Assembly (NCBI GenBank): GCA_040285825.1
Contig: JAUPSS010000001.1
Span: 1,798,001-1,862,000, forward strand
Direction: 5' to 3'
Source: Eukaryota sp. TZLM1-RC
Lineage: Eukaryota; Protista; Metamonada: BaSk clade
DNA length: 64,000 nucleotides
The position numbers and the translations under genes are program-made. Below the pieces are notes generated by a model, which made no database searches, was not told where the DNA came from, and was given only the letters and a program-made list of their open reading frames with translations. Positions within the stretch are counted from its first letter, which is position 1, and the number at the start of each line of letters is the position of its first letter. This document shows positions 36,429 through 47,109 of the stretch, piece by piece.

Positions 36429-37278
36429 ACGTCGTGGCATGGCCAAGCAAAAAAATCCCGCTTTTGCAAATTTTTTACTGGATGTTTGTGATAGTTCTGC
36501 CTCTTGTTTAATTAATCAAGTACCAAGAATTTATGGTTTGTTTCTCAATGTTTTTTAGTATCTATGCGTCTTCGATCCTTTATTTGGCCTGATAATCTTC
36601 CTCATGGATTAATTTGTAAATGTGGAAAGACTGTCATTCCAACCCATTGATTTAATTGTAATCGAATTATTACTTTTAAATCAAAAGTACATGAAGCAGT
36701 TCGTGATCAGCTCTATTGTATGTTTAAACCCTACAAGTTTGAATCTTTTTTAGAACCTTTGCTTTCAAATTTGGCTGATCAGTCTGACAGAAATTCTTTT
36801 GGTGACAGTCGTGGTGATGTCCTAGTTCCCGGACTTGATGGATCAATGGTCATTACTGATGTCAGATCTTCTGATGTCTCAAACAGCTCAAATGAAAAAC
36901 TGGCACAATCTTATAATTCACCTTTACGAAGAGCCGAAGAAGCGAAAATTATAAAGTACACAGAACAAATAAATAATCTGAATTCCAACTCACATACTCA
37001 ATACATTCTTTGTCCTTTTGCTTTTTCTTTATTTAAAAATTTGGGTAAAACTTCGTTATCTTTGTTGGACGATTTCTCATCTATTGTCAATAATAGAACT
37101 GGAAGAATATTTGACCGAACCTTTTGGCAAAACAGAATTGTATTTTCTATTTTTATGATGCCGTTAGGCAAAAATACCAAAGAAGTAAAGAGAGAAAAAG
37201 AGGTTTATTAATAGAAATACTTGTTTTTGAACAAGTGCCACGTCATCATGTAAATTCTTCATCTGTCTAGCAAGTTAG

Positions 37279-38091
37279 TTAATCAGTAACAACAACACTA
37301 CTTCTTCCCATGTTCTTTCGACAGTTTCGTGAACCATTTAGCATAATGAAGAAAGGGGATTTGTGAGATAATTGAGGCACGTGGCGTAAATGATTGACTT
37401 CGTGCTTAACTTTTGAGGGGCAATCACGAGCTAGATGACCTTTCTGGTGACATTTGAAACATGTCCCTCCAGCCAAATTGCGAGACCTATGGGAAGAATG
37501 AGACTTCATACCAGCTTGACGCACAGAGTCGGTATTTTCAGAAACAGTCTTTGAAGACCTGTTCCAAGAAGCTACTCGCGTGCAATCAAGTAGTTCATCC
37601 TCTGCGGTATTTACCAATGTAGGAAAATCGGGGAATACCTCATCCCGAATTCGAGAAATCAGAGATTTCTGCAGTCCTAATGGAAGAATCCCCTTGGCGA
37701 ATCGGAGCATGAAGGCTGAGTCAGGCAGTTGCAGTCCGGAAGCCCTGCTTTTCGCCTGAAGAAAACGTCTCAGGTAGCAGGACATACGTTCACGGACGTC
37801 GCCCTTACGGACATCAACCTTCAACTCAGACATCACCAAGTTGAATTCCTCGTACGAGGAAAATGAGGTGGAGGATCTTAAATGATTTAGAAACACCTCA
37901 TCGGATGAATCGACCCCAGGTCTTGTGAGAACCAATGATTCTAACAAGAAGGGGTCAAGGAGGAGTTTTGCTGGAACAAGGTCCTTTTTCGGTGTAACAG
38001 AAGAGTACACCTTCCACTGTTGTAGGAACAACAGAACATCATACACTTCCATAGAAGCAAGGGACGGATGTAGTACGTGTGTAGATTTCAT
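37279..38091 (-). CDS. Gag-like protein with CCHC zinc knuckle (unit 1; probable ATG start MKSTH)
   Basis: CFKCHQKGHLARDC after a helical capsid-like region (RFAKGI); the stop codon lies inside the LTR. Confidence 0.82.
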   Translation of the reverse strand: MKSTHVLHPSLASMEVYDVLLFLQQWKVYSSVTPKKDLVPAKLLLDPFLLESLVLTRPGVDSSDEVFLNHLRSSTSFSSYEEFNLVMSELKVDVRKGDVRERMSCYLRRFLQAKSRASGLQLPDSAFMLRFAKGILPLGLQKSLISRIRDEVFPDFPTLVNTAEDELLDCTRVASWNRSSKTVSENTDSVRQAGMKSHSSHRSRNLAGGTCFKCHQKGHLARDCPSKVKHEVNHLRHVPQLSHKSPFFIMLNGSRNCRKNMGRSSVVVTD

Positions 38092-38237
38092 CTGCAATGA
38101 GGGCCAATAATTATTGATGCCGTTAGGCAGAAATACCAAAGAAGTACAGAGAGAAAAAGAGGTTTATTAATAGAAATACTTGTTTTTCAACAAGTGCCAC
38201 GTCATCATGTAAATTCTTCATCTGTCTAGCAAGTTAG

Positions 38238-39050
38238 TTAATCAGTAACAACAACACTACTTCTTCCCATGTTCTTTCGACAGTTTCGTGAACCATTTAG
38301 CATAATGAAGAAAGGGGATTTGTGAGATAATTGAGGCACGTGGCGTAAATGATTGACTTCGTGCTTAACTTTTGAGGGGCAATCACGAGCTAGATGACCT
38401 TTCTGGTGACATTTGAAACATGTCCCTCCAGCCAAATTGCGAGACCTATGGGAAGAATGAGACTTCATACCAGCTTGACGCACAGAGTCGGTATTTTCAG
38501 AAACAGTCTTTGAAGACCTGTTCCAAGAAGCTACTCGCGTGCAATCAAGTAGTTCATCCTCTGCGGTATTTACCAATGTAGGAAAATCGGGGAATACCTC
38601 ATCCCGAATTCGAGAAATCAGAGATTTCTGCAGTCCTAATGGAAGAATCCCCTTGGCGAATCGGAGCATGAAGGCTGAGTCAGGCAGTTGCAGTCCGGAA
38701 GCCCTGCTTTTCGCCTGAAGAAAACGTCTCAGGTAGCAGGACATACGTTCACGGACGTCGCCCTTACGGACATCAACCTTCAACTCAGACATCACCAAGT
38801 TGAATTCCTCGTACGAGGAAAATGAGGTGGAGGATCTTAAATGATTTAGAAACACCTCATCGGATGAATCGACCCCAGGTCTTGTGAGAACCAATGATTC
38901 TAACAAGAAGGGGTCAAGGAGGAGTTTTGCTGGAACAAGGTCCTTTTTCGGTGTAACAGAAGAGTACACCTTCCACTGTTGTAGGAACAACAGAACATCA
39001 TACACTTCCATAGAAGCAAGGGACGGATGTAGTACGTGTGTAGATTTCAT
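38238..39050 (-). CDS. Gag-like protein (unit 2)
   Basis: Translation identical to unit 1. Confidence 0.82.
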   Translation of the reverse strand: MKSTHVLHPSLASMEVYDVLLFLQQWKVYSSVTPKKDLVPAKLLLDPFLLESLVLTRPGVDSSDEVFLNHLRSSTSFSSYEEFNLVMSELKVDVRKGDVRERMSCYLRRFLQAKSRASGLQLPDSAFMLRFAKGILPLGLQKSLISRIRDEVFPDFPTLVNTAEDELLDCTRVASWNRSSKTVSENTDSVRQAGMKSHSSHRSRNLAGGTCFKCHQKGHLARDCPSKVKHEVNHLRHVPQLSHKSPFFIMLNGSRNCRKNMGRSSVVVTD

Positions 39051-39196
39051 CTGCAATGAGGGCCAATAATTATTGATGCCGTTAGGCAGAAATACCAAAG
39101 AAGTACAGAGAGAAAAAGAGGTTTATTAATAGAAATACTTGTTTTTCAACAAGTGCCACGTCATCATGTAAATTCTTCATCTGTCTAGCAAGTTAG

Positions 39197-40009
39197 TTAA
39201 TCAGTAACAACAACACTACTTCTTCCCATGTTCTTTCGACAGTTTCGTGAACCATTTAGCATAATGAAGAAAGGGGATTTGTGAGATAATTGAGGCACGT
39301 GGCGTAAATGATTGACTTCGTGCTTAACTTTTGAGGGGCAATCACGAGCTAGATGACCTTTCTGGTGACATTTGAAACATGTCCCTCCAGCCAAATTGCG
39401 AGACCTATGGGAAGAATGAGACTTCATACCAGCTTGACGCACAGAGTCGGTATTTTCAGAAACAGTCTTTGAAGACCTGTTCCAAGAAGCTACTCGCGTG
39501 CAATCAAGTAGTTCATCCTCTGCGGTATTTACCAATGTAGGAAAATCGGGGAATACCTCATCCCGAATTCGAGAAATCAGAGATTTCTGCAGTCCTAATG
39601 GAAGAATCCCCTTGGCGAATCGGAGCATGAAGGCTGAGTCAGGCAGTTGCAGTCCGGAAGCCCTGCTTTTCGCCTGAAGAAAACGTCTCAGGTAGCAGGA
39701 CATACGTTCACGGACGTCGCCCTTACGGACATCAACCTTCAACTCAGACATCACTAAGTTGAATTCCTCGTACGAGGAAAACGAGGTGGAGGATCTTAAA
39801 TGATTTAGAAACACCTCATCGGATGAATCGACCCCAGGTCTTGTGAGAACCAATGATTCTAACAAGAAGGGGTCAAGGAGGAGTTTTGCTGGAACAAGGT
39901 CCTTTTTCGGTGTAACAGAAGAGTACACCTTCCACTGTTGTAGGAACAACAGAACATCATACACTTCCATAGAAGCAAGGGACGGATGTAGTACGTGTGT
40001 AGATTTCAT
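39197..40009 (-). CDS. Gag-like protein (unit 3)
   Basis: Identical translation; two synonymous substitutions near 39755 and 39782. Confidence 0.82.
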   Translation of the reverse strand: MKSTHVLHPSLASMEVYDVLLFLQQWKVYSSVTPKKDLVPAKLLLDPFLLESLVLTRPGVDSSDEVFLNHLRSSTSFSSYEEFNLVMSELKVDVRKGDVRERMSCYLRRFLQAKSRASGLQLPDSAFMLRFAKGILPLGLQKSLISRIRDEVFPDFPTLVNTAEDELLDCTRVASWNRSSKTVSENTDSVRQAGMKSHSSHRSRNLAGGTCFKCHQKGHLARDCPSKVKHEVNHLRHVPQLSHKSPFFIMLNGSRNCRKNMGRSSVVVTD

Positions 40010-40344
40010 CTGCAATGAGGGCCAATAATTATTGATGCCGTTAGGCAGAAATACCAAAGAAGTACAGAGAGAAAAAGAGGTTTATTAATAGAAATACTTG
40101 TTTTTCAACAAGTGCCACGTCATCATGTAAATTCTTCATCTGTCTAGCAAGTTAGTTAATCAGTAACAACAACATTTAAGGGAATGTATAGTCTTGTTTC
40201 TAGCTCGTTGTATCACCAGGAAATTTTTGTGAAGAAAAAGCTGTAGGTAAGTTTTCTATAGTAGATGTGGAGTATGAGGAGATTGATTTTTAGTTTTTTA
40301 TAATTTTGTTTGAATAAAATATGTTTCGAAAAAAAAATTACAAG

Positions 40345-40635
40345 GCCACTTAGTAGTCTCGCTTAGTATTGTCTTCTGTAATTTTTAACAGAGTTTCAAC
40401 AAAAGCTAAAGAATACTTTTCTCCTTTCCAGTATGGAATCAAAACTATAGATGGAGCTTCAGTTGCAGCTTTGACATCTGATTTATTTTTCAATTGTGAC
40501 GAAAATAATTGCATTTGTAATCTTGATTTCAAAAATGCTTTCAAATCAGTGAAAAAAGATTCAATTTGGAAAGAACTTAGGTCAAATTGTCGTTTTGATC
40601 GTCGTTTGTGGTTAAATTGTATTGTTTTTACTATT
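40345..40635 (+). mobile_element. Degraded family D-like RT fragment fused to a D 3' fragment
   Basis: FQYGIKTIDGA and LDFKNAF, then RFDRRLWLN. Confidence 0.75.
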
Positions 40636-41559
40636 AATTACTATTGATGACCAGATTTTGATGTATGTTTAAAGCGTTGTGCAGCGCTAGTGAATTCTAT
40701 AGAGTCTCTACCATGGTTTGCTAAAGCATCCATAAGGGCTTTATGAGCAATCCTCATGTCATTTTCTTGAGCCTTGGATGATGAACTAGCCTGAGAAGTG
40801 ATATGAGGTACAGATGGGACTGTTTCAGTTCTATCAAAACAAACCTTGGAAAGTTGTTTTCCTGAAGGTAACATGATGGTTCGGATCCTTGAAGGAGGAG
40901 ATAAAGCCATTTTGCTGACTTTAGATATTGAAGGTAAGGTATCAGAAGCTCCTGAGGGTGGGACAACAAAAGAGTCAAGAATCGGAATTCTCACTAGCTG
41001 ATATGGGACCCTAAGGGAAGAAGATGAAACTTCTTGCTCTAATTGATTAGAAGAAAAAAGTAGAACTTCAGTTCTTCTTTGCGCGGATGAAGAAGGTAGA
41101 ATTTGTTGTTCCAGATGCTTTGAAGAAGGAGGAAGTTGAACTACCTCGCTTCTTTGAGTAGAAAAAGAAGGTGGTACTTCAGCACTTCTTTGCTGTGAGG
41201 TAGAAGGTGAGCTTCAGAAACCTCATCCTCTTCTTCGTACGGTAACATAGAGGGGCTTCTTTTTTCTGAAAAAATAGAATCCTGGGAAAGGGAACTTCCT
41301 ACCATGGGAGCAGAATCCTCAATAGGGGAACGTCATTTTATAGGTGTAGAATACTCTGGGAAAGGATCTTCGGGGAGCGCGGGAGCTTCGCCGGAAGGAT
41401 GGGGCGCGGAGGCTTGGTCTACTGTTAGTTGGGAAGAAGAGGGGCCAGTCTATTCTTCAAGGATTCTACGTTGAGCCAAGGGTGACCCAATACGTATCGA
41501 TGGTCGCTGCTTGTTAGTGTTTGACAAAACCTTATAAACGTAATGAGATTTATTACAAA

Positions 41560-42455
41560 GACGAATTGTATTCTCTCTTCTTATACTCATAGATGCAATA
41601 CACAGCTATTTGAATGGCGTCATGAAAAAAAACAAAGGAAGAAATAGAATTTTTATTAACAGAATGAGAAAAAAAACAAAAAGACAAAACAAAAGATTCT
41701 AGACTTCGGACCAAAGCAAAATCATCTTCCTCCAAATGAAAACAAGAAAACAAAACTAAAAGAATATACTTTCAAGAGGCTCACTGCTCCTCAAAGGAGA
41801 ATAGAAACTTTGAACAAAGACCATCAAAAATTCTGAAAGAATGGCAGAGAATAATGGACTATTCAAAACAAAACTGTAAAGGAGTGGGAGGAAGAATTAA
41901 AACAGTTTTCAAAAAACTCTAGATCATGAAGAATTCCTCAACTACTGCAAGGCAAAAAAACAACTTTCCTCTCCATGCTAGAGCTTTTTACTTTAATAAA
42001 GAATTGAGAGTCATGAAACTACGAAGATTCATGGTCACAGAGAGGTTTGAAACAAAATAAATGAATGAATTTGAAAACAAGTTTGGAGGTCCAGAAGATA
42101 ACATTGTAGTGATAGGTGATTGGAAACCAACCAATTTTAAACAACAAGCCCCTACAAAGAATGTTGGTTATCAAAAGATATTTAAAAAACGTAACTTCCG
42201 TCTAATGCTGCTGAACGAATATAGAACAAGTGGTCGATGTCATGCATGTGTACTCGAGGGAAAAGAAGACGAAAATGTAAACAAGAATCGAGTACCTAAC
42301 CCAAGAGCTTACAGAAAGACTCCAACAGTCCTTAGACATAGATTACCCGCTTGCAAGAAGTGTGGATGTCTATGGAATCGTAATGTCAATGCTTCTTAAT
42401 ATGATTCAGTATCTCAAAGGAAATGAAAGATCTCAAGTTTTGAAAAGATCTCGAT
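41560..42455 (+). pseudogene. Fanzor1 (eukaryotic TnpB-like RNA-guided nuclease) pseudogene
   Basis: Across stops and frameshifts: YTFKRLTAPQRRIET, EWEEEL..KTLD.EEFLNY, FY..ELRVMKLRRF, NEFENKFG, VVIGDW, NEYRTSGRC.AC, CKKCGCLWNRNVNAS, YLKGNER..LKR. Confidence 0.82.
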
Positions 42456-42491
42456 TCATCTTACTATTTGACATTTTTTTGTTATTAGCCG

Positions 42492-42887
42492 ATGTCTACG
42501 CATACTTCTCCTCCACGACCTCTCACTCGGATCGGTATCAGTGCTGCAAAGCCTATCCACTTTTCAATTCGTGCTTGCAAAAATGCTCTTCGTTATAATG
42601 ACAGAATTGCCATCTCTGGCATTGGCTCTAGTATCACTAAGGCGGTCTCTATAGCAGAAATCCTTCGCCAAGATGGTTTTGTATCATATGAACGCATCAC
42701 TACCGGTAGAGCTACTATGCGCAGGGATCCAGAAAATCCCCAAAAAAAGCCATCAGAACGTGATGAATTGTCAATTGTGTTGAAACGGGACAAGATTCCT
42801 TCGCCCCCTTTCCCTGATGCTTTGAAGAAAGCTGGTGAGAGACATTTAAGGCAATATTGGGATGAAAATCTTGTCAAGTCTTCATAG
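42492..42887 (+). CDS. Alba-family nucleic-acid-binding protein
   Basis: IAISGIGSSITKAVSIAEILRQDG...ITT...ELSIVLKR fits the Alba signature. Confidence 0.8.
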   Translation: MSTHTSPPRPLTRIGISAAKPIHFSIRACKNALRYNDRIAISGIGSSITKAVSIAEILRQDGFVSYERITTGRATMRRDPENPQKKPSERDELSIVLKRDKIPSPPFPDALKKAGERHLRQYWDENLVKSS

Positions 42888-43006
42888 ATTGATCAAATAA
42901 ACTGTTTTATGTATTCACTTTCTTACACCAATACAAACATGATGTAAAATCATTGATTGTATTCGGAATTACATTGATTAAGAATGATTATTGAAGAGCA
43001 ACATTT

Positions 43007-43078
43007 TGGAGATGCAGGGTTTCGATCCCCGTATCTCACGCATGCTAAGCGTGTGCTTTACTAATTGAGCTGAACCCC
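43007..43078 (-). tRNA. tRNA-Ala(AGC), probably a pseudogene
   Basis: GGGGTTCAGCTCAATTAGTAAAGCACACGCTTAGCATGCGTGAGATACGGGGATCGAAACCCTGCATCTCCA: AGC anticodon arm and G3:U70 are present, but the acceptor stem is mispaired and the D-loop GG is lost. Confidence 0.75.
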
Positions 43079-43088
43079 ATCAATATTG

Positions 43089-43633
43089 CAGCGTTCGAGG
43101 GAAAATTGGGTGGAAAAACATGGGATTTTGGGGATTTTTTCACAAAAATTCCAATTCTATTTGTGCCACTGTTTTTTCCGTACCTGGAATTACACGCATA
43201 TGTAAATTAACTATTTATTAAAAATCTGAATCATTAATTTCAACGTCAAAATCCTGAGGTTTCTTGTTAAGAGCTGCTGTTACATTTTCTACCATTTTTG
43301 TCCAACCTGACAATGCATATTCTGTTTCTGAGGCCTTCAAATGGTCAAATACATCAAGTATCCTATTGCCAATGAGCTCTTTGATCTTCCTTGTTGATAA
43401 ATCTACTTTAATTGCGTCTTCGTGTAATCCAGCAGCAATTTCATCAACAATGAATGAAGTACAATGTTCTGTAAAGGAAGCTTTCAAAGAATCCTTGAAT
43501 GGTTTGAACAGTTGAGTTCAAATTCACAGGTGGAGAAACAATATTGGGATTTTGGTCAGAACATCCCATATTTATTTGCACCCAATTTTATTTGTTACCA
43601 CTGTTTTTCCACCCAATTTTTCCTCGAACACGG
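43089..43633 (-). mobile_element. Internally deleted pogo-like (Tc1/mariner superfamily) DNA transposon
   Basis: About 32-bp TIRs (cagcgttcgagggaaaattgggtggaaaaaca / tgtttttccacccaatttttcctcgaacacgg) flanked by TG and TA; internal remnant LFKPFKDSLK...SGWTK. Confidence 0.75.
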
Positions 43634-44353
43634 TAACAGTGCCTTGACTACCATATGTGAAAATTTCTAAAACACAATCGTCATTTGGTCATTTAATCAA
43701 GGTTGTTGTGGTGAGGGATCAACTCTACTGTATGACAAAGTCACATAGAAATTGTTTCCTATTTAGACCCTTTACTCTCTCGTTTGGTTGATGAAGATAT
43801 TTTGAATTCTTTTGGTTGAAGTGGCGATTTCAGGTTTGAAATGATTGACAAGATGACCATCATTACTGCTGTGAGATTCATTGATGTTGGTAACAATTTT
43901 TGTAAACCATAGCCTAAGTTTATATATAAGGAATCTCTGTCTGTTCCTGGAAAATCTATAATTGATAAATTTATTCTTGAATGTTTAGGCTCACACTAAT
44001 GTGTTGTGTCCATATGCTCTCGCGTTAGATGTCTTCTTGGATTTATTGCTATGGACTTATACTGGAATGATTTTGGAGAAATTGTGGCACAGAATATAGG
44101 GAGATTTTCTTGATTATGTCTATTGACAGAATAGAATTGTTGTTGTTTTCAATTTCAAAGTTCTTGTTTCCTTGTTTTCTTCTCCCTTGTTGTTCCTTCA
44201 ACGGTTTTATGGTAATTAAACTTCCAGACAATTCAGTTTCGCTGATATGGGATGATGATATAGAATTTCAAATTTTTCTATTCAACTGTTTTACTGAAAC
44301 AAATCAATTTTTCTGCAATCAAGAATGAGCAATATCTGATACTTGCTTACCAA

Positions 44354-45396
44354 GTGAGTTATCATGTGAACATGGTAGATTGTCACCACAAATTTGGACC
44401 AAATGTTTCCCCCAATCAATTCAAGAAATTCCAAACCTATCTCTTTTTATTTTGCAGTTTAGCTGTAAAAAGCTTCAACAAAAATTGTCAAAGATTTTTG
44501 AAAGCTTGGATTTTGATGTTAGACTTGGCTTGGCCAAGAAAAAGAATCCTGCTTTTGCAAATCTTTTACAAGATATGTGTGATTGTACTTCTTCTGCCTT
44601 TGTAACAACAATTCCTCAAGTTTATGGTACTCTCTTAACTGATTCTGCTTGGACTTTGAGTATGAGACTTCATTCCTTTATCTGGCCTGATAATCTACCT
44701 CATAATTTAATTTGTAAATGTTCTCGAAAAATTACAATTACTCATTTGTTAAATTGTAAACATTTTACTACTTTTAGAAGCAAAACTCACGATGCTGTAA
44801 GAGAGCAATTATATTGTATTTGTAAATCTCATAGAATTGAATCCTTCTTGGAACCTCTGTTGTCAAATCTGTTTGATGCTGAAGATTATTTTCATAAGAA
44901 TAATAGAGGTGATGTTGTATTACCTGTATTAGATGGAAGCTTCATTTTATTGGATGTAATGTCTGTTGATCCTTGTAACGCCTCAAATGAAGGGCTTGTT
45001 AATTCTGAAATTCATAATCCTCTTTCAAATGCTGAAAATTTCAAAATCAAAAAATATAATGAACCTTTGTCCAAATGGTCCAGTCAACAGCATGCAAAAT
45101 ACAATTTGTATCCATTTTTATTTTCTCTGTTTGGTTCACTTGCTCCAACGGCTATACGTTTTTTGGCAGATTTTGAATTGATTGTGAAGGAGAAGAACTA
45201 ACAGAAATTTCAACAGATTGTTTTGGCAAAATAGAATTGTGTTTTCTACCTTTAAGGGGATGTTGAAGATGGTTTCCGATGCTTTGCTTTCTCTTGGATC
45301 TCACTATGAGAGAGTTGCTGCTAGTGTTTTTGTTTTGGGAGAGATGGATTATTTAGATGTTGATTTATAGGTTTTTAATAAAAAAAATTAAAAAAA
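44354..45396 (+). mobile_element. Older, diverged 5'-truncated family A copy
   Basis: ORF 44380-45201 with many substitutions relative to the young A copies; A-tail. Confidence 0.88.
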
Positions 45397-45629
45397 TGCT
45401 TACCAAATTGATCTGAATAAAATTGTTTTTATAAGAACCGTTTCTAAATGAAAACGGTGTCTCTCTTAAGCAATGGAGACGAAATTTAGATAAATAAATA
45501 ATATTGTTTTGAAATTAAAAAGAGAAACACTTGATACCAGTTTGGATGAGTTCAGTTTAGGTTTTAGTTTGTCTTAATTCATCAACTCTCAGATACTGAA
45601 ATACACCTACTGTACTACTATACTTTACA

Positions 45630-46211
45630 ATGGCTTCACGTGGTGTAGAAGAAACTGAGCGTCTTAAAAAGAATATTGAGGCTCAACTTTCTCGTCTATT
45701 TGTACAAATGGAAGATCTTGAAGAGCTTCGGGATGAACTTGATGATGAAGAATATGACATCACCAAAGCTGACACTCTTGAACAGCTACAGGAATTCAAG
45801 AAACATCTCGACCGAACTCTTGCTGGTAACATCTCCCTCGTTGATCAGTTCTCATCAGTCCAACTAGCCATACAAGCCGCCATCTCTGAAGCATTCAAGA
45901 CCCCCAAAGTTATACAATTGTTCGCTGCTGCCCAACCAAAAGCCCTCCGTAACCATTTACACAATCTCACACGCGATGCCAAGCTTAACAAGATACCAAA
46001 GCCCACCTTCATTGAGCAAAAACTCGAGATTTTGGTTGCTCTTCAAAAGCTGGGTGACTCGCTCTCAGAAAAGGAACAACATTTTCTTAAGAAACATTAT
46101 AACCCCTCATTAGAAAACTTTGAAGCCGCTGGCAGTGGTTATGCATCAAAGGCTTCTGTAATGCCATCTGATGTAGCTGACCATGTCGCTGATCATGAAG
46201 AAGTTTTGTAA
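45630..46211 (+). CDS. LZIC: LZIC (leucine zipper and ICAT-domain protein)
   Basis: MASRG.EET..LK.NIE.QL.RL..Q..DLEE.R.ELDDEEY..TK.DTLEQL.EF and QLAIQAAIS.AFKTP.VI.LFA..QP. Confidence 0.9.
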   Translation: MASRGVEETERLKKNIEAQLSRLFVQMEDLEELRDELDDEEYDITKADTLEQLQEFKKHLDRTLAGNISLVDQFSSVQLAIQAAISEAFKTPKVIQLFAAAQPKALRNHLHNLTRDAKLNKIPKPTFIEQKLEILVALQKLGDSLSEKEQHFLKKHYNPSLENFEAAGSGYASKASVMPSDVADHVADHEEVL

Positions 46212-46487
46212 ATAGTGTTCATTATTTTTAATTGGAATTTATTTTATAATTGGGTTACAATAAACAAGTCAAGTATAATAGAAATTTATTATATTGATTA
46301 TTTATAATAATCATTATGCAATTGATTACAAAAAAGACCAGTAAAAAATAGTCGAATTAAATTAAAAAGCGATTCTTTGTTTTATTAAAAAAATTGATTA
46401 TTGTTTGATGAAAAGGGAGTTGAATGGATAATGATGGTTGAGTTTGTAAATGTATGGTTTGAAATAAGAGTACCTGGTAAAAAAATG

Positions 46488-46762
46488 TTACGAGAAAGCC
46501 TCAAGTGTTTGTAGGCAGAGAATGGTATCTTCCATTACAGAATTGGTAGATATCCGTAATAGTCTGAGATCAGGCGCTTCAATATGGCTTAGGTAAGGAA
46601 GGAACAAAGAACAAACACGTGTAAAACATTATCTATGGTAGTAAATGAACGAGAACAGCCTTGATGTTTGGGTTTGTCAGCATTGAGTGTTTGTGAGGTA
46701 ATAAGAGCATGTTGGGTTGAGCTTAAAGGTACACTGAACTTGGTGGTAAATGGGGATGTCAT
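46488..46762 (-). CDS. PCC1: Pcc1/CTAG-family KEOPS subunit, two exons (46762-46617, 46587-46488), 81 aa
   Basis: Removing the GT..AG intron 46588-46616 gives MTSPFTTKFSVPLSSTQHALITSQTLNADK...DNVLHVHIEAPDLRLLRISTNSVMEDTILCLQTLEAFS*. Confidence 0.82.
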
Positions 46763-47109
46763 TCTTACAGATATAGTCAATAACAATGGTACAAGTGTCC
46801 TAAAGCAAAAAACATTTTGTAACGAATTCTCAGACTTTAGACTTTTGCAGGTGTACTGGTCTATCTCCTCGATTATCATATTTTTCCATTGCTACCAGCT
46901 TATACAATAAACCATTTTGATTTCTTTTTGACAAACATTTTCATTATTTACATCAGAATTTAAAGAACTTAAGGTATATAAGGTTTGTCTTTGGGAGGAA
47001 TGAAGAAAGGTGCCACTGAGATCACTTGAGCAATTCCCAGGAACTCTTTGAGTTCCAATTCGTAGTAGTAATTTTGGGAATTTCTAAATTATGTAATCTC
47101 AAATTTTCT

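Larger units (their letters stand above)
37156..40174 (-). mobile_element. Gag-only LTR retrotransposon (Ty3/gypsy-like, non-autonomous), three 959-bp units in tandem sharing four 142-bp LTRs
   Basis: TG...CA LTRs at 37156-37297, 38115-38256, 39074-39215 and 40033-40174; TSD TTTA at 37152-37155/40175-40178; PPT-like GGGAAGAAGTAG abuts each downstream LTR. Confidence 0.9.
36429..40338 (+). mobile_element. Degraded family F CRE-like 3' half (36429-37155 plus 40175-40338), split by the LTR element
   Basis: ORF 36720 has FLEPLL, RGD..D, AEEAKIIKY and WQNRIVFSIF; it resumes KG.. and ends EEIDF* plus an A-tail. Confidence 0.8.
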
